Below are positions 18,376 through 29,524 of a DNA stretch of 64,000 nucleotides, in pieces (position 1 is the stretch's first letter; the number at the start of each line of letters is the position of its first letter). Both the position numbers and the translations under genes were made by a program. Source of the stretch: an uncultured bacterium (lineage in GTDB: Bacteria; Cyanobacteriota; Cyanobacteriia; CAZCXK01); the NCBI GenBank assembly GCA_964502605.1, contig CAZCXK010000013.1, positions 703 to 64,702 on the forward strand. The letters are read 5' to 3'. The notes beneath the pieces were generated by a model. The model was not told the origin of the DNA. It ran no database searches and worked only from the letters and a program-made list of their open reading frames with translations.

Positions 18376-18906
18376 ATGTATGGCAAGGTTTTAGCTGCGG
18401 TTGATCGCTCCGACATGGGGCATCAGGTATTTGCCGAAGCGCTGGAGATCGCTAAGGCTAACCAGAGCCGTTTGATGTTATTGCATGTGTTATCGCTTGA
18501 GGAAGACGGGAGCCCAGGAGTTCCTCTCTATGCAGGGCCAGCGGTGTATCCCATTCCCGATGAAACCTATCTTGCTGCTTATCGCCAACAGTGGGACGAC
18601 TACGAGCAGGCCGGGTTAGACCTGTTGCGATCGCTGACAGATGAGGCGATCGCTGTAGGCATTCATCCTGAATTTACACAGAATACGGGCAACCCAGGCC
18701 GCACTATTTGCGATCTATCGCGGACATGGGGTGCTGATCTAATCGTCATGGGGCGACGAGGACGCGCTGCCTTGACCGAACTATTTCTCGGCAGTGTCAG
18801 CAACTATGTCATGCATCATGCCAAATGCTCGGTGCTCATTGTGCAAGGGCAGCTTGCTGCATCGACGAATGCATCTCCCCAAACAGCCATCACCTCAGCC
18901 CGTTAG
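18376..18906 (+). CDS. Universal stress protein (UspA family)
   Basis: MYGKVLAAVDRSDMGHQVFAEALEIAKANQSRLMLLHV, plus the C-terminal ATP-binding G-x2-G-x9-GS-like segment LIVMGRRGRAALTELFLGSVS. Confidence 0.8.
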   Translation: MYGKVLAAVDRSDMGHQVFAEALEIAKANQSRLMLLHVLSLEEDGSPGVPLYAGPAVYPIPDETYLAAYRQQWDDYEQAGLDLLRSLTDEAIAVGIHPEFTQNTGNPGRTICDLSRTWGADLIVMGRRGRAALTELFLGSVSNYVMHHAKCSVLIVQGQLAASTNASPQTAITSAR

Positions 18907-18925
18907 CTGGTCAAAATTCGCTCGA

Positions 18926-19240
18926 TTAATTCTGCAATAAAAACTCAATCTGAGGGATCAGAGGATCTTGCACCAAGCCGATGCCTGTAAACTCCCACCG
19001 CTTGAGCAGTGAACCGAGCTGGGTAGAGGGAATAGTCTCCACTGTAAAGCGATCGGTGAGCCCCGATGCATGGGTGTTGAGATAGATCAACGCATCAGCA
19101 TGGTCTTGAAAGATCAATAAAAATTGAGACAGCGATTGAGCAGAATCATCAACCGAGCCAGCATCTTGGCGTTGAGCACGAGCCACAAGATACTGACCAT
19201 CGGCACGAGAACGAATAAGATAGTAAGCCTGAGACAACAT
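18926..19240 (-). CDS. Hypothetical protein
   Basis: Clean 104-aa ORF with no recognised motif. Confidence 0.35.
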   Translation of the reverse strand: MLSQAYYLIRSRADGQYLVARAQRQDAGSVDDSAQSLSQFLLIFQDHADALIYLNTHASGLTDRFTVETIPSTQLGSLLKRWEFTGIGLVQDPLIPQIEFLLQN

Positions 19241-19657
19241 GCCCCCTATTGTCTCAGATTTTGCAACTATCTAGGGGCGATCGCTGAGCAGGATATCTCA
19301 GGAATAAGCCGAATTCAAATCATCTGATAGCGTTGATGCAGTTGTCTGTGTGTTGGTATGTGAGAATGATGCAGGTTCCCTCTTGCAGTTCTCATCAAAG
19401 CTCTGTATTGTATTCTCCGGGTTTGCTATAAATTTTTAGTAAAAAGTAGAAGAGCGTCATCAAATGCTCAATTCTGACAAAAAATGCTCCTATTCCTTGA
19501 CGTTTTGATGGGTTTTCCATCTTTTCGAGAGAAATCGGTGCTACGCGAATCAAAATGATTTAAGCTGGGGATGTTCAAACGGTTGTTTTCCCTAATTTTG
19601 AGCAGGGTGCTAGATATTGCTTTTAAGTACTACTTTAGAGCTATTTGTTGTTTGTAA

Positions 19658-20578
<921 letters not shown>

Positions 20579-20656
20579 CATGTGTTGCTTATTTAGAGGG
20601 ATCATGTTCCTGATGGCCGCTTCACGTTAGGGCGGCGGCTGATGAGACTGACCGTA

Positions 20657-21769
20657 TTAAAGATGTCGAGGCTGCAGAAACTCAATCTGGTTGGCTGCGA
20701 CTGGGTATGTGTCTAATCGAGGAACCCCTTCTAAGGTTGAACCCGTCAAATACAGAATTGTCTTTGGATCTAGGCTACCGCTAGGCTTGAGGTTATGAGC
20801 TGACTGGAATAATCGCAGACTGTGGCTCAGGCGATCGGCTCTGCTGAGATCGTCGAGATAGCCTAGACGACGTAATGCCACTGCAGCTGCGTCTGGGGTT
20901 AACGATATATTGGTTGGATGAAAAATAGGAACATATTCTTCACGCCAGATATGTTCAAATAGGCCGCGATCGAGATAAAAGATTTTGCCCCTAGCTGGGT
21001 CTGCGATGGTTGCAACTGAATCTGTCAGACCTAAAAGTGCAACTGCATGAGGCCGTTTACGATCGCCATCAAACAACCAAACAGCTAAAATCCCAGGACG
21101 ATTAATCTGCTGCATTTCTTCCCACGAAGACTTGAGCTCTAACCCTTCCATACCAATGGCCTTGGCGGCAATCAGCAACTGTGGCATTGTCGTGCCAAGG
21201 CGACTTGTTCCAGCTAATTGGGCAATAGTTGACTCAGATTTGTCGATGCCCCAATGCCGCAGAAGTGTCGCTAACGCTGCAGGTGCACAACTGCTATCTG
21301 ATGTTTGAGCATAGACCCCATTGGCCTGTAAGTTGTCGTGCAATGAGGCATGAATCGGTGACAAAAAAAATGCTTCAGTACTGCTAAATCCTGCCAGCCC
21401 AAGCACTCCAACGAGAGCAACCGACAGCACCTGTGGTCTAGCCGTATGCCAGCTCACCGTCATGGCCATGCCACATGCACCCAGCAGGAAGATACGCAGC
21501 AGTGCCCAGGAAATGTGCAAGCCGTAGAATCGCCATTCAAGCGGTAGCGCTTGCATTTGAGGCCAATTGAGTACAACTACCAGCAAGCCTACGTATAGGC
21601 CCAAAAAAGCCAGCGAGAGGGGTTTTTTCCCTTTAAATAAATCATTGGCCGTCGCCCCTTGATGCAGCAGTGTCTGTCCTAGACGCATCCCCCAGATAAA
21701 CATTAAAATTCCTACAAACAGCGAAAGCAAAAAGCTGAGCAGCACGGAGACGCTCCTTATGATCGACAA
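20657..21769 (-). CDS. Membrane-anchored C39-like cysteine peptidase domain protein with C-terminal peptidoglycan-binding-like domain
   Basis: About 4 N-terminal TM helices. C39-like Cys motif QTSDSSCAPAALATLLRHWG and His motif RPHAVALLG. C-terminal ...LRLFQSAHNLKPSGSLDPKTILYL resembles PG_binding_1. Confidence 0.55.
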   Translation of the reverse strand: MSIIRSVSVLLSFLLSLFVGILMFIWGMRLGQTLLHQGATANDLFKGKKPLSLAFLGLYVGLLVVVLNWPQMQALPLEWRFYGLHISWALLRIFLLGACGMAMTVSWHTARPQVLSVALVGVLGLAGFSSTEAFFLSPIHASLHDNLQANGVYAQTSDSSCAPAALATLLRHWGIDKSESTIAQLAGTSRLGTTMPQLLIAAKAIGMEGLELKSSWEEMQQINRPGILAVWLFDGDRKRPHAVALLGLTDSVATIADPARGKIFYLDRGLFEHIWREEYVPIFHPTNISLTPDAAAVALRRLGYLDDLSRADRLSHSLRLFQSAHNLKPSGSLDPKTILYLTGSTLEGVPRLDTYPVAANQIEFLQPRHL

Positions 21770-21981
21770 CCTGACAACTGATACCCAGGATGTGGGGACT
21801 TGTTCAAACTAGGTGTATTCACTCATCTACCAGCCATCTGAAAAGTGGTGAAGAGGCAAATGGTGTAGTTAAGGTGCTGGCATCACCCATCCGCAGTGTG
21901 GGGTAGATGCTTGAATAATTTTGACAACGGCAGCACCGAAATTCGGTAAAGTTCATATAACGATTCTAAGAAGTTTGGGTC

Positions 21982-23364
21982 ATGCTGGCGATCGCCCTTG
22001 GGTTACAGTCGTACATTTGGGGAGCCATACAGCCACTGATAGGGTTGGTACGAGGTTTTCCAGAGAGTTTTGAGCGGCCTTCTAACACGAACCCCATGCG
22101 ATTTGGGAGCATTACCATTGCCATACCCTTGATTGGATTGGTGTTGCCCCATGTTTTGCCAACGCCGACTCACGCGCATGAACGATCTGAAATCCCGATC
22201 CAGGTTGCCAATCAGAGCAGAAATTTGGATACTCAGTCGGTTGATCCCTGGTTGATGCCGGGGCTATATGTGCCATCAATGCCATCGTTCAATAGCCAGC
22301 GTCTGGATGAGCAGTTGCAGAACTATTCAGCTTATTTGGCTGTCTGGGGAACGCCCGATCTTTTGATCATTGGCAGTTCGCGATCGCTGCAGGGCATTGA
22401 TCCGGTTGTCTTGCAACAGACCTTAACGGCTCAAGGATATCCTCACCTAAAGATTTATAACTTCAGCATCAATGGCGCAACCGCTCAGGTGGTCGATTTA
22501 GTGGTTCGCTATCTCCTCCGTAGCAATCAAACGCCCCGCTTCATGCTCTGGGCTGACGGATCACGAGCCTTTAATAGCAGCCGCACCGACGTGACCTATC
22601 TCAATATTCGTGCCTCAGATGGGTTTCAGCAGGCGTTGGCAGATGAGCCGCCTATCCCCAACTGGCATGCGGCCATGCTTCAAGAGCCAATGCCGCCAAT
22701 CTGTCAGGGATCTCAGAATCATTTGACAGGGACACGCAGCATGACACGCTCTGATGGGGCGTGGCGTTGGCGCAGCAGGCTCTTCCTCAATGAAGAGGTT
22801 CTAGATGATTCGCTATTCTGTGAGGCACTCAGTCAGCACCCATCGCTGGATCGGCTGGATCGGCGCGTGGCTAATTCTGTGGTGCAATCGCTGCATCACA
22901 TGATGGGCGATCGCCCCCCCGATGCGATCGATATCAATGGATTTTTAGCTGTCGAAACGCAGTTTGATCCGGCTGCATATTATCAGCAGCACCCCAACGT
23001 GCCTGGACAATACGATGCAGATTATGCTCAATTTAGACTAGACGGAGACCAAACGACTGCAGCGATCGCCCTAGCTCAATTGACCAAGACTCACGATAGG
23101 GCTCTTATGTTTGTCAATTTACCACTGAGTCAAGACTATTTAGACCCAACCCGCCGTCAGCATGAAGAGCACTTTCATCAGCATTTGCAAATGCTGGCAA
23201 CTCAAGAAGGGTTTACCTTTCAGAATCTAAACCAAGTCGAACTCAGGCAAAATTCCTTCTTTGCTGACCCAAGTCATCTCAACCGCAATGGCGCGAGTGC
23301 GGTATCCCAATATTTGGGGCGCGATCCCGTGTTTCTACGGTGGCTTGAAGCTCTAAATCACTAA
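21982..23364 (+). CDS. Hypothetical protein, possibly SGNH/DUF1574-like hydrolase fold
   Basis: N-terminal hydrophobic segment. The 'LLIIGSSRSLQGIDP' block resembles SGNH block I. Weak. Confidence 0.4.
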   Translation: MLAIALGLQSYIWGAIQPLIGLVRGFPESFERPSNTNPMRFGSITIAIPLIGLVLPHVLPTPTHAHERSEIPIQVANQSRNLDTQSVDPWLMPGLYVPSMPSFNSQRLDEQLQNYSAYLAVWGTPDLLIIGSSRSLQGIDPVVLQQTLTAQGYPHLKIYNFSINGATAQVVDLVVRYLLRSNQTPRFMLWADGSRAFNSSRTDVTYLNIRASDGFQQALADEPPIPNWHAAMLQEPMPPICQGSQNHLTGTRSMTRSDGAWRWRSRLFLNEEVLDDSLFCEALSQHPSLDRLDRRVANSVVQSLHHMMGDRPPDAIDINGFLAVETQFDPAAYYQQHPNVPGQYDADYAQFRLDGDQTTAAIALAQLTKTHDRALMFVNLPLSQDYLDPTRRQHEEHFHQHLQMLATQEGFTFQNLNQVELRQNSFFADPSHLNRNGASAVSQYLGRDPVFLRWLEALNH

Positions 23365-24096
23365 TTTTCATGAATCGCGTATAAAGCTCCCCGGAAAAGG
23401 CTACAAAAAATGGTGAACTTTGCTCCTATACAGCGCGATCGCCTCCTTGAGTCGGGTTAGGGTAGTAGCGAACAAATCATCATGCCATTACTGCTCAAAC
23501 AGACAGGCAAGGCTGATTGACAGGGTGCTTTTCTAGAGAGAATGCAGCGCCGATAGATGATTCCCCACTTAAATGCAGCCGCCCCATCCGACGAGATCCG
23601 GTCTAACAGAGTCTTGGAATTAGCAGAACTCAATTCTTGTCTCAAAGGATGAAAGAGTAATCGGCAGGCAATTTTCTGCAAAGCCCGTGGCACTATCTTG
23701 CTGTCGCGATCGCCACCTGCTAAATGTGGCAATTTTGCCAACATGTGCATCAGAATTCTTAAGGGGGCTAACCCACAGGGGGGGTGAGTCCTACAGGGCG
23801 TCTTCCCGTTGATAGATGCATCAGGTATGGTCTATGGTAATGTTTTACTGTCATGATTCGGCTGGTTTCTTCAGCCAACATTGGCTGTAATAGGCTGGTG
23901 CCGTCTCGGCAATGTTTACAGAAATTTCCATCAGTTGGCATCCTGCAACGTAGATGTTTCAGCCTTTAATCTGCGATAAGTCTGTGGTGGCAAAATGGGT
24001 TTTGTTATGGTTTGCTCAGAACTTGATGAGTCTATGGCATGGGTGAAGGCTCGTCAGAGATTAAAGAACATGATGTCGTTGAGGTCTTAACCGCAT

Positions 24097-24306
24097 ATGT
24101 ATCTCGCCGAGTTTGCTTTCTGCGGCACCAAAGAACTAGCCGACGAGCTGTTGATTCAAGCCTATTCTGAGACCGCAGCAAAACAGTTTGCTCAGCAATA
24201 TGCCCAACATTGGGGCATTGAATTATTCTCACTGACTCTAGCCGATCAGCAACGGCTCATGCCAGAGCTAACAATTGGGGCAGCACCACTGCACGAGCGC
24301 AATTGA
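24097..24306 (+). CDS. Small hypothetical protein (69 aa)
   Basis: Isolated ORF in a ~1-kb intergenic gap; protein-like composition (MYLAEFAFCGTKELADELLIQAYSETAAKQFAQQYAQHWGIELF...). Confidence 0.3.
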   Translation: MYLAEFAFCGTKELADELLIQAYSETAAKQFAQQYAQHWGIELFSLTLADQQRLMPELTIGAAPLHERN

Positions 24307-24338
24307 CAGATGTTTTGTTTGCCAGGTGTGTTTTCACC

Positions 24339-25859
24339 TCAGCATGCTTGAGTTTGCTGGCTGTGCCAATCTTGCGCCTTCTTGCGAATTGACGCTAGCT
24401 CTTCAGGTGATATTTTTTGCAAATTTGCCAGGATGAGATTCATCCGACCCTGAGATTTGAGCTTGTCTTGATGGCGTGCCAGAAAGTCCCAGTAGAAAAA
24501 GTTAAATGGGCAGGCGCGATCGCCCGTCCGTTTATTCTTGTCATAGCTACAATTTTGACAATAGTCGCTCATCCGGTTGATATAGTTGGCCGACGCTGCA
24601 TAGGGCTTAGAGGCTAACACCCCTCCATCGGCAAATAGCCCCATGCCAATTACATTCGTTTGCATCACCCAGTCGTAGGCGTCAATAAAAGCTGCATGGA
24701 ACCAGTTTTCGACCTCTTGGGGCAAGAGACCCGCAATCAGCGCAAAATTACTGAGAATCATTAGCCGCTGGATGTGGTGAGCATACCCAATTGACTCCAC
24801 TTGCTTTAAGCTCTGATGCACACAGTTCATGTCAGTCTGGTTAGCATCCCAAAAAAACGGAGGTAAGGGATGGCTATGCTCAAACCAGTTTTGCTGGGGA
24901 TAGTCGTCATCGACGTAAGCGTAAAGCCCCCGCATAAATTCTCGCCAGCCCAACACTTGCCGAATAAACCCTTCCACACTGTTGAGGGGTAAGTTGCGAT
25001 CGCGATATGCCGTCTCTGCGGCTTGCACCACCTCCATCGGCTGCAGCAGCCCTAGGTTTAGATAGGGAGATAACAGCGCGTGCCACAGGGTAAATTCGCC
25101 GGTGACCATGGCGTCTTGATAGGGGCCAAAGGTAGACAGACGGTGTTCGATGAAGTAAGTCAGCACCTGCAAGGCTTGTTCTCGCGTCACAGCCCACCGG
25201 AACGGCTCGATCTCGCCATAGCTTGAGAACTCCTGAGTATCAACCCAGTCAATCACCTCTTGCGTGATGGCATCGGGCTCAAACCATAGTGGTTGGGGTG
25301 GGTTCAGATTTCCTTTAGGGGGCTTGCGGTTGTCTTTATCAAAGTTCCATTGGCCGCCGATGGGGTCTTGCTCATCGGTCATTAGCACCTGTAGTTGCTT
25401 GCGACCCGCACGGTAAAACGTTTCCATCAGCAAGGTCTTGCGGCCTTTGGCCCACTGACTAAAGGCCTGATCCGTCCATAGGAAATGGTTGTTGGGCACA
25501 ACAGTGATCTGACATGGTAGATCTAGGTGCTGAATCAATCGAGCAAAGGGGCGATCGCCCGGAGCCATCACCCGTAGTTCGGTAATGTCAGCCTGCTTGA
25601 CCCATGACTGGAGCGGCGTGACAAAATCTTGAGTGATTTCATAGGTCACATGCCAACCGCTCTGCCGCAGTTCGGCGGCAAAGTGACGCATGGCTGACCA
25701 GACCAACACCAGCTTTTGCCGATGATATGGACGCACGCTCCCATGCTGAGCCGACTCAATCAAAATCACTGGACAGTCCTTTGACTGCTGAGCGCAGCTT
25801 TGCAAAGCGGCTTGGTTTGCCCAAAGTTGATCTCCCAGAACCCAAACCCCAACTGTCAT
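24339..25859 (-). CDS. FeS-cluster bacterial cryptochrome/photolyase family protein (FeS-BCP; (6-4) photolyase PhrB/CryB-like)
   Basis: Photolyase-related N-terminal and FAD-binding regions. The C-terminus has four Cys (YCQNCSYDKNKRTGDRACPFNFFYWDF) typical of the [4Fe-4S] site in FeS-BCP proteins. Confidence 0.7.
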   Translation of the reverse strand: MTVGVWVLGDQLWANQAALQSCAQQSKDCPVILIESAQHGSVRPYHRQKLVLVWSAMRHFAAELRQSGWHVTYEITQDFVTPLQSWVKQADITELRVMAPGDRPFARLIQHLDLPCQITVVPNNHFLWTDQAFSQWAKGRKTLLMETFYRAGRKQLQVLMTDEQDPIGGQWNFDKDNRKPPKGNLNPPQPLWFEPDAITQEVIDWVDTQEFSSYGEIEPFRWAVTREQALQVLTYFIEHRLSTFGPYQDAMVTGEFTLWHALLSPYLNLGLLQPMEVVQAAETAYRDRNLPLNSVEGFIRQVLGWREFMRGLYAYVDDDYPQQNWFEHSHPLPPFFWDANQTDMNCVHQSLKQVESIGYAHHIQRLMILSNFALIAGLLPQEVENWFHAAFIDAYDWVMQTNVIGMGLFADGGVLASKPYAASANYINRMSDYCQNCSYDKNKRTGDRACPFNFFYWDFLARHQDKLKSQGRMNLILANLQKISPEELASIRKKAQDWHSQQTQAC

Positions 25860-25909
25860 AATCTGTTATAGATGACCTACCGAGTAAATGTAACAAATTA
25901 TTTAAAAAA

Positions 25910-26278
25910 TCACCGAGAATCAGCCTTGGAGTCCTCAGGTGAAGATGCCTTTTGCTGGAGTAAAAGCTGGATTCCCAGGGCTAGCAAACCCAGCGCCGCG
26001 ATCGCAAAAATGCTCATCCCTAGAGCACTCATGCCGATCACCAGCGTCCGCACTAAGACAGCAAGCTTTGCTGCAAGAGCATTTTGAGTGGGTAATGGTT
26101 TGTTGGCAAAGCTATGGACAATTGAAAGGGTGAGGCGATAGAGCACAAATGCCATTGGAGCCGCTATCAAAGTTCCGGTAAAACACCGCAGCGGAGTTGG
26201 GGGAGTAGACGCTGCTGCTGGAGGCTCTAAAGCAGGTTGTGGCTGAGGAGAGTTAGGCGTTAGGTGTTGATTCGACAT
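25910..26278 (-). CDS. Small membrane protein (DUF3082-like)
   Basis: Pro-rich N-terminus then two TM helices. The track start is GTG; the likely ATG start is at 26278. Confidence 0.45.
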   Translation of the reverse strand: MSNQHLTPNSPQPQPALEPPAAASTPPTPLRCFTGTLIAAPMAFVLYRLTLSIVHSFANKPLPTQNALAAKLAVLVRTLVIGMSALGMSIFAIAALGLLALGIQLLLQQKASSPEDSKADSR

Positions 26279-26283
26279 GGGCA

Positions 26284-27234
26284 CTAGCTAGAATGGGCCA
26301 TTTGAATGCCGTTTGATACGGTTTGCGTGATCCACAGCTCCAGATTTGGATCGGATAGACGCGCCTTAACCTGATCATGAATTTGTTGCGCGTGGTTAGG
26401 CGATTGGGCGATCGCAAACACAGTTGGGCCCGACCCCGACATGAGCACACCCAACGGATGGGCGGCTACCAATTCTTCTTTAAGATTTGCGACCTTTGGA
26501 TGGGCAGGTAAAACAACTTGCTCTAGATCATTATGCAGCAGTCGCCCAATCTGAGAATAGTCATGATGGGAAATGGCCTGCACCATCGGCCCCGAATGCA
26601 CGCGCTGTTGGCGATCGCTGAGAGCATTAGCGCTTGATACATAGGCATGACCAAAGTGTTGGCGATAGGTCTGATATGCCCACGCGGTTGAAACCTCAAG
26701 ATCCCGGTATTTTGCCAACACCAGCGACAGGTTCTCCAGGCTGGGCAACGCCGACAGCACCTCACCGCGCCCTGTGGCCAGAGCGGTTCCCCCGGCCAGA
26801 CAAAACGGCACATCTGAACCCAGCTTGCCCCCCAAATCTTGCAGCTCAGATTGCGTTAGCCCCAGCTTCCACATCAGATCTAGACCCACCAACACCGCTG
26901 CAGCATTGCTCGAACCTCCGGCCAGCCCAGCACCCACCGGAATGTGTTTGTCAATAATAATTTCAACACCGCCATAGCGGTTAAATGACTCAGGAAATTG
27001 CTGCTTCAGCAAACGTGCGGCTCGATGCGCCAGGTTGCGCTCGTCGGTAGGCACACCTGGATGGGGGCAATGCACCAGAATATCGTCGGTTCCGAGCAAG
27101 CGCATTTCGATGCGATCAGACAGCCCAATGCTCTGCAGCAGCATGGCAAGTTCATGAAAGCCATCGGGGCGATCGCCAATAATTTCGAGATATAGATTAA
27201 TCTTTGCTGGAGCAATCAACGAATAGGGACGCAT
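26284..27234 (-). CDS. ispE: 4-(cytidine 5'-diphospho)-2-C-methyl-D-erythritol kinase
   Basis: MRPYSLIAPAKINLYLEIIGDRPDGFHEL; GHMP kinase motif PVGAGLAGGSSNAAA. Confidence 0.9.
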   Translation of the reverse strand: MRPYSLIAPAKINLYLEIIGDRPDGFHELAMLLQSIGLSDRIEMRLLGTDDILVHCPHPGVPTDERNLAHRAARLLKQQFPESFNRYGGVEIIIDKHIPVGAGLAGGSSNAAAVLVGLDLMWKLGLTQSELQDLGGKLGSDVPFCLAGGTALATGRGEVLSALPSLENLSLVLAKYRDLEVSTAWAYQTYRQHFGHAYVSSANALSDRQQRVHSGPMVQAISHHDYSQIGRLLHNDLEQVVLPAHPKVANLKEELVAAHPLGVLMSGSGPTVFAIAQSPNHAQQIHDQVKARLSDPNLELWITQTVSNGIQMAHSS

Positions 27235-27245
27235 GAAAGAGACTA

Positions 27246-28073
27246 TTAGGACGATAGAACTGGATAAAGCTGGTTAGTCAGCGCCACCCAATCTGTCACG
27301 CCGAGATCTTCAGCACGAGCTTGGGGGCTAATCTCTAATTGTTCCAGCAAGTGGAGCAGGCGATCGCGTTCGATGAGACTCTTCAAATTATTTCGCAACA
27401 TTTTACGCTTTGTGGCAAACCCCAACTTGACCAACAACTCCAGCTGACGCGGATCGCTAGCCGCAGGATGGGTAGCTCTTGGACGCAGCTTGACAACGGC
27501 AGAATCGACTGCCGGAGGTGGTGAAAATGCTTTAGGTGGAACCACACATACCATCTCACACTCAGCCAGATATTGCACTCGCACAGACAGGGCTCCAAAT
27601 GTGCGCGACCCTGCTTGGGCACAAAGCCGAGCCGCAACCTCCCTTTGCACCAACAATACGATTGAGTCAAACGGCTGCGGATTGGGGGTAGAAATCGTAC
27701 CGAGCAATTTCTCCAAAATGGGGCCTGTAATGTAATACGGGATGTTGGCAACGACCTTATTGGGATAGCCTTGGCCACTGACTGCGATCAGGTCTCCTGG
27801 CAGCTCTAAGTTAAGAATATCCCCTTCGATCAACTCAAAATTTTCGGTTGATTGAAACATCCGGCGCAGAGTGACACACAAGTCTCGATCAATCTCAACT
27901 GCGACTACTGCGTTGGCGAGGCGAATGAGCCAGCGGGTCAGCACCCCTGTACCAGAACCAATTTCAAGAATGCGATCGCCCGATGATACGGCGGCGGCGG
28001 CCAAAATCTCATGAAGAACGGGTTCACTTGTGAGCCAGTGTTGCCCAAAGCGTTTACGAGTTCGATAGGTCAT
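27246..28073 (-). CDS. rsmA: 16S rRNA (adenine1518-N6/adenine1519-N6)-dimethyltransferase
   Basis: RKRFGQHWLTSEPVL...ILEIGSGTGVLTRWL, plus NIPYYITGPIL. Confidence 0.9.
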   Translation of the reverse strand: MTYRTRKRFGQHWLTSEPVLHEILAAAAVSSGDRILEIGSGTGVLTRWLIRLANAVVAVEIDRDLCVTLRRMFQSTENFELIEGDILNLELPGDLIAVSGQGYPNKVVANIPYYITGPILEKLLGTISTPNPQPFDSIVLLVQREVAARLCAQAGSRTFGALSVRVQYLAECEMVCVVPPKAFSPPPAVDSAVVKLRPRATHPAASDPRQLELLVKLGFATKRKMLRNNLKSLIERDRLLHLLEQLEISPQARAEDLGVTDWVALTNQLYPVLSS

Positions 28074-28119
28074 GCTTTTATCCTACTGTTCCTGGGAGCA
28101 GGTTTCGCAGTCGATCTCG

Positions 28120-28809
28120 TTATGGGTCATGAGGCATGGGGCATGGATCAATCATGAGGCTCAGTTCCTGATAGCGCCTGAGCAGATCACGGATAAAGTT
28201 GGCAGCGCTGATTGGCGTGCGACCGGGTTCTGCAATTGAGGCGAGCAGGGGACAGGCCGATGGCCATGACTGAGTGGTTTGAGGAATCCGCCAGCCAGGA
28301 GTTAGATGGGGCGATCGCCAGATTTCTAGATGATCAACTGGGGGATCAGCATAAAATCGATCGGCACCCGCTCCAAGTAACGCCGAACTCCAGTGTGTGA
28401 TGTAATCATGACTCATCCGATGAATTAAGAAAGGCGCATTTAACGGCACACCCCAGCCATCAATCGCGATCAATGCATTGACTCGTCCCCCGCTCAGGTG
28501 CCACCCCCAAGCGGCTCCAGCGGCAGCAACAACCCCGGCACTAAACCCCAAAAATGTGAATGAAGGCTGCGGTCTTGAGGTAGATGCAGGAACAGATGCA
28601 GGCGTCGCAGAGAATGTATGAGAACTGGGTTCAAGGTGGGAACTCATTTCGAGCTGATGCCGCAACCAGTGCAACAGATGCCATGACGAATAGGCGGGGT
28701 AGCGATCTACTGGATAGACCCAATAATGCACCGGGGTCTCATGAAATATGTTGAGGAATCGCTGAGTCAGTTGAGGAGAATGAACCCCCGGACAGATGAT
28801 AACCGTCAT
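28120..28809 (-). CDS. Putative alpha/beta-hydrolase-fold protein
   Basis: GFSAG (G-x-S-x-G nucleophile elbow). Start likely MTVIICPGVHSP. Confidence 0.5.
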   Translation of the reverse strand: MTVIICPGVHSPQLTQRFLNIFHETPVHYWVYPVDRYPAYSSWHLLHWLRHQLEMSSHLEPSSHTFSATPASVPASTSRPQPSFTFLGFSAGVVAAAGAAWGWHLSGGRVNALIAIDGWGVPLNAPFLIHRMSHDYITHWSSALLGAGADRFYADPPVDHLEIWRSPHLTPGWRIPQTTQSWPSACPLLASIAEPGRTPISAANFIRDLLRRYQELSLMIDPCPMPHDP

Positions 28810-29524
28810 AGCCGCAAAGACACTACTCACGAAACAAATAAAGGAGAAACCGAAGAAAACAATTAAATCGTGTCAAGACAAATTAATTCAGAATTAATCC
28901 AACATTAATTCAAGTTTGTCTTAATACAATTTATGACTGGCTTTTATTAAACGACGATTTAATCCGATATGGGCTGATTGTGTCGCAGGATCATCTCCAC
29001 TGGGGTATTTAAGTTGGGTTAAAAGGTCAGTCTTGAAAGCGTTCTGACGGCTATTAAGTTTCTAAAACAAAGAGTAAACTTTTGAGTCGTTCTCTTACTA
29101 TTCTTTGTGTGCTGGCGTCATAATAATCGCAGATGAGGGATTAATTTCGTATCGGCCATGCGACATCGATGATTCATCCACTGTTAAATCAAGTCCTGTT
29201 GATCTAAATTCTATTCAATCAAAAGCTTTCCATTAAACAGGTTGAATCAAAAGCTTTGGTTAATGGTAGTTATATTTAACTGGATGATGGGTATCGTTAG
29301 CAGTTGAGTCGATTTATTATCCCTTACATTCATTACCTTCAGATTGTGATGTTGGATCAAACAAATGCCCATCATGAATCCATCTACGCTTCTGATGATC
29401 AGCGTATAAGCGTCTAGTTTCAACCCAACGTATTAATGAGTGTGTGAGTGTGAGATGGGGCGATCGCCCTTACTTTGTGCAACAGATTTGTGTAGGTCAT
29501 TTCAATAAAACTGGGGCAACGAAA

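Noticed and set aside
23457-23750. 97-aa minus-strand ORF downstream of the SGNH-like gene
   Set aside because: No RBS, start or motif support, and Arg/Leu-rich composition. Treated as non-coding, though the region is flagged for sRNA checks.
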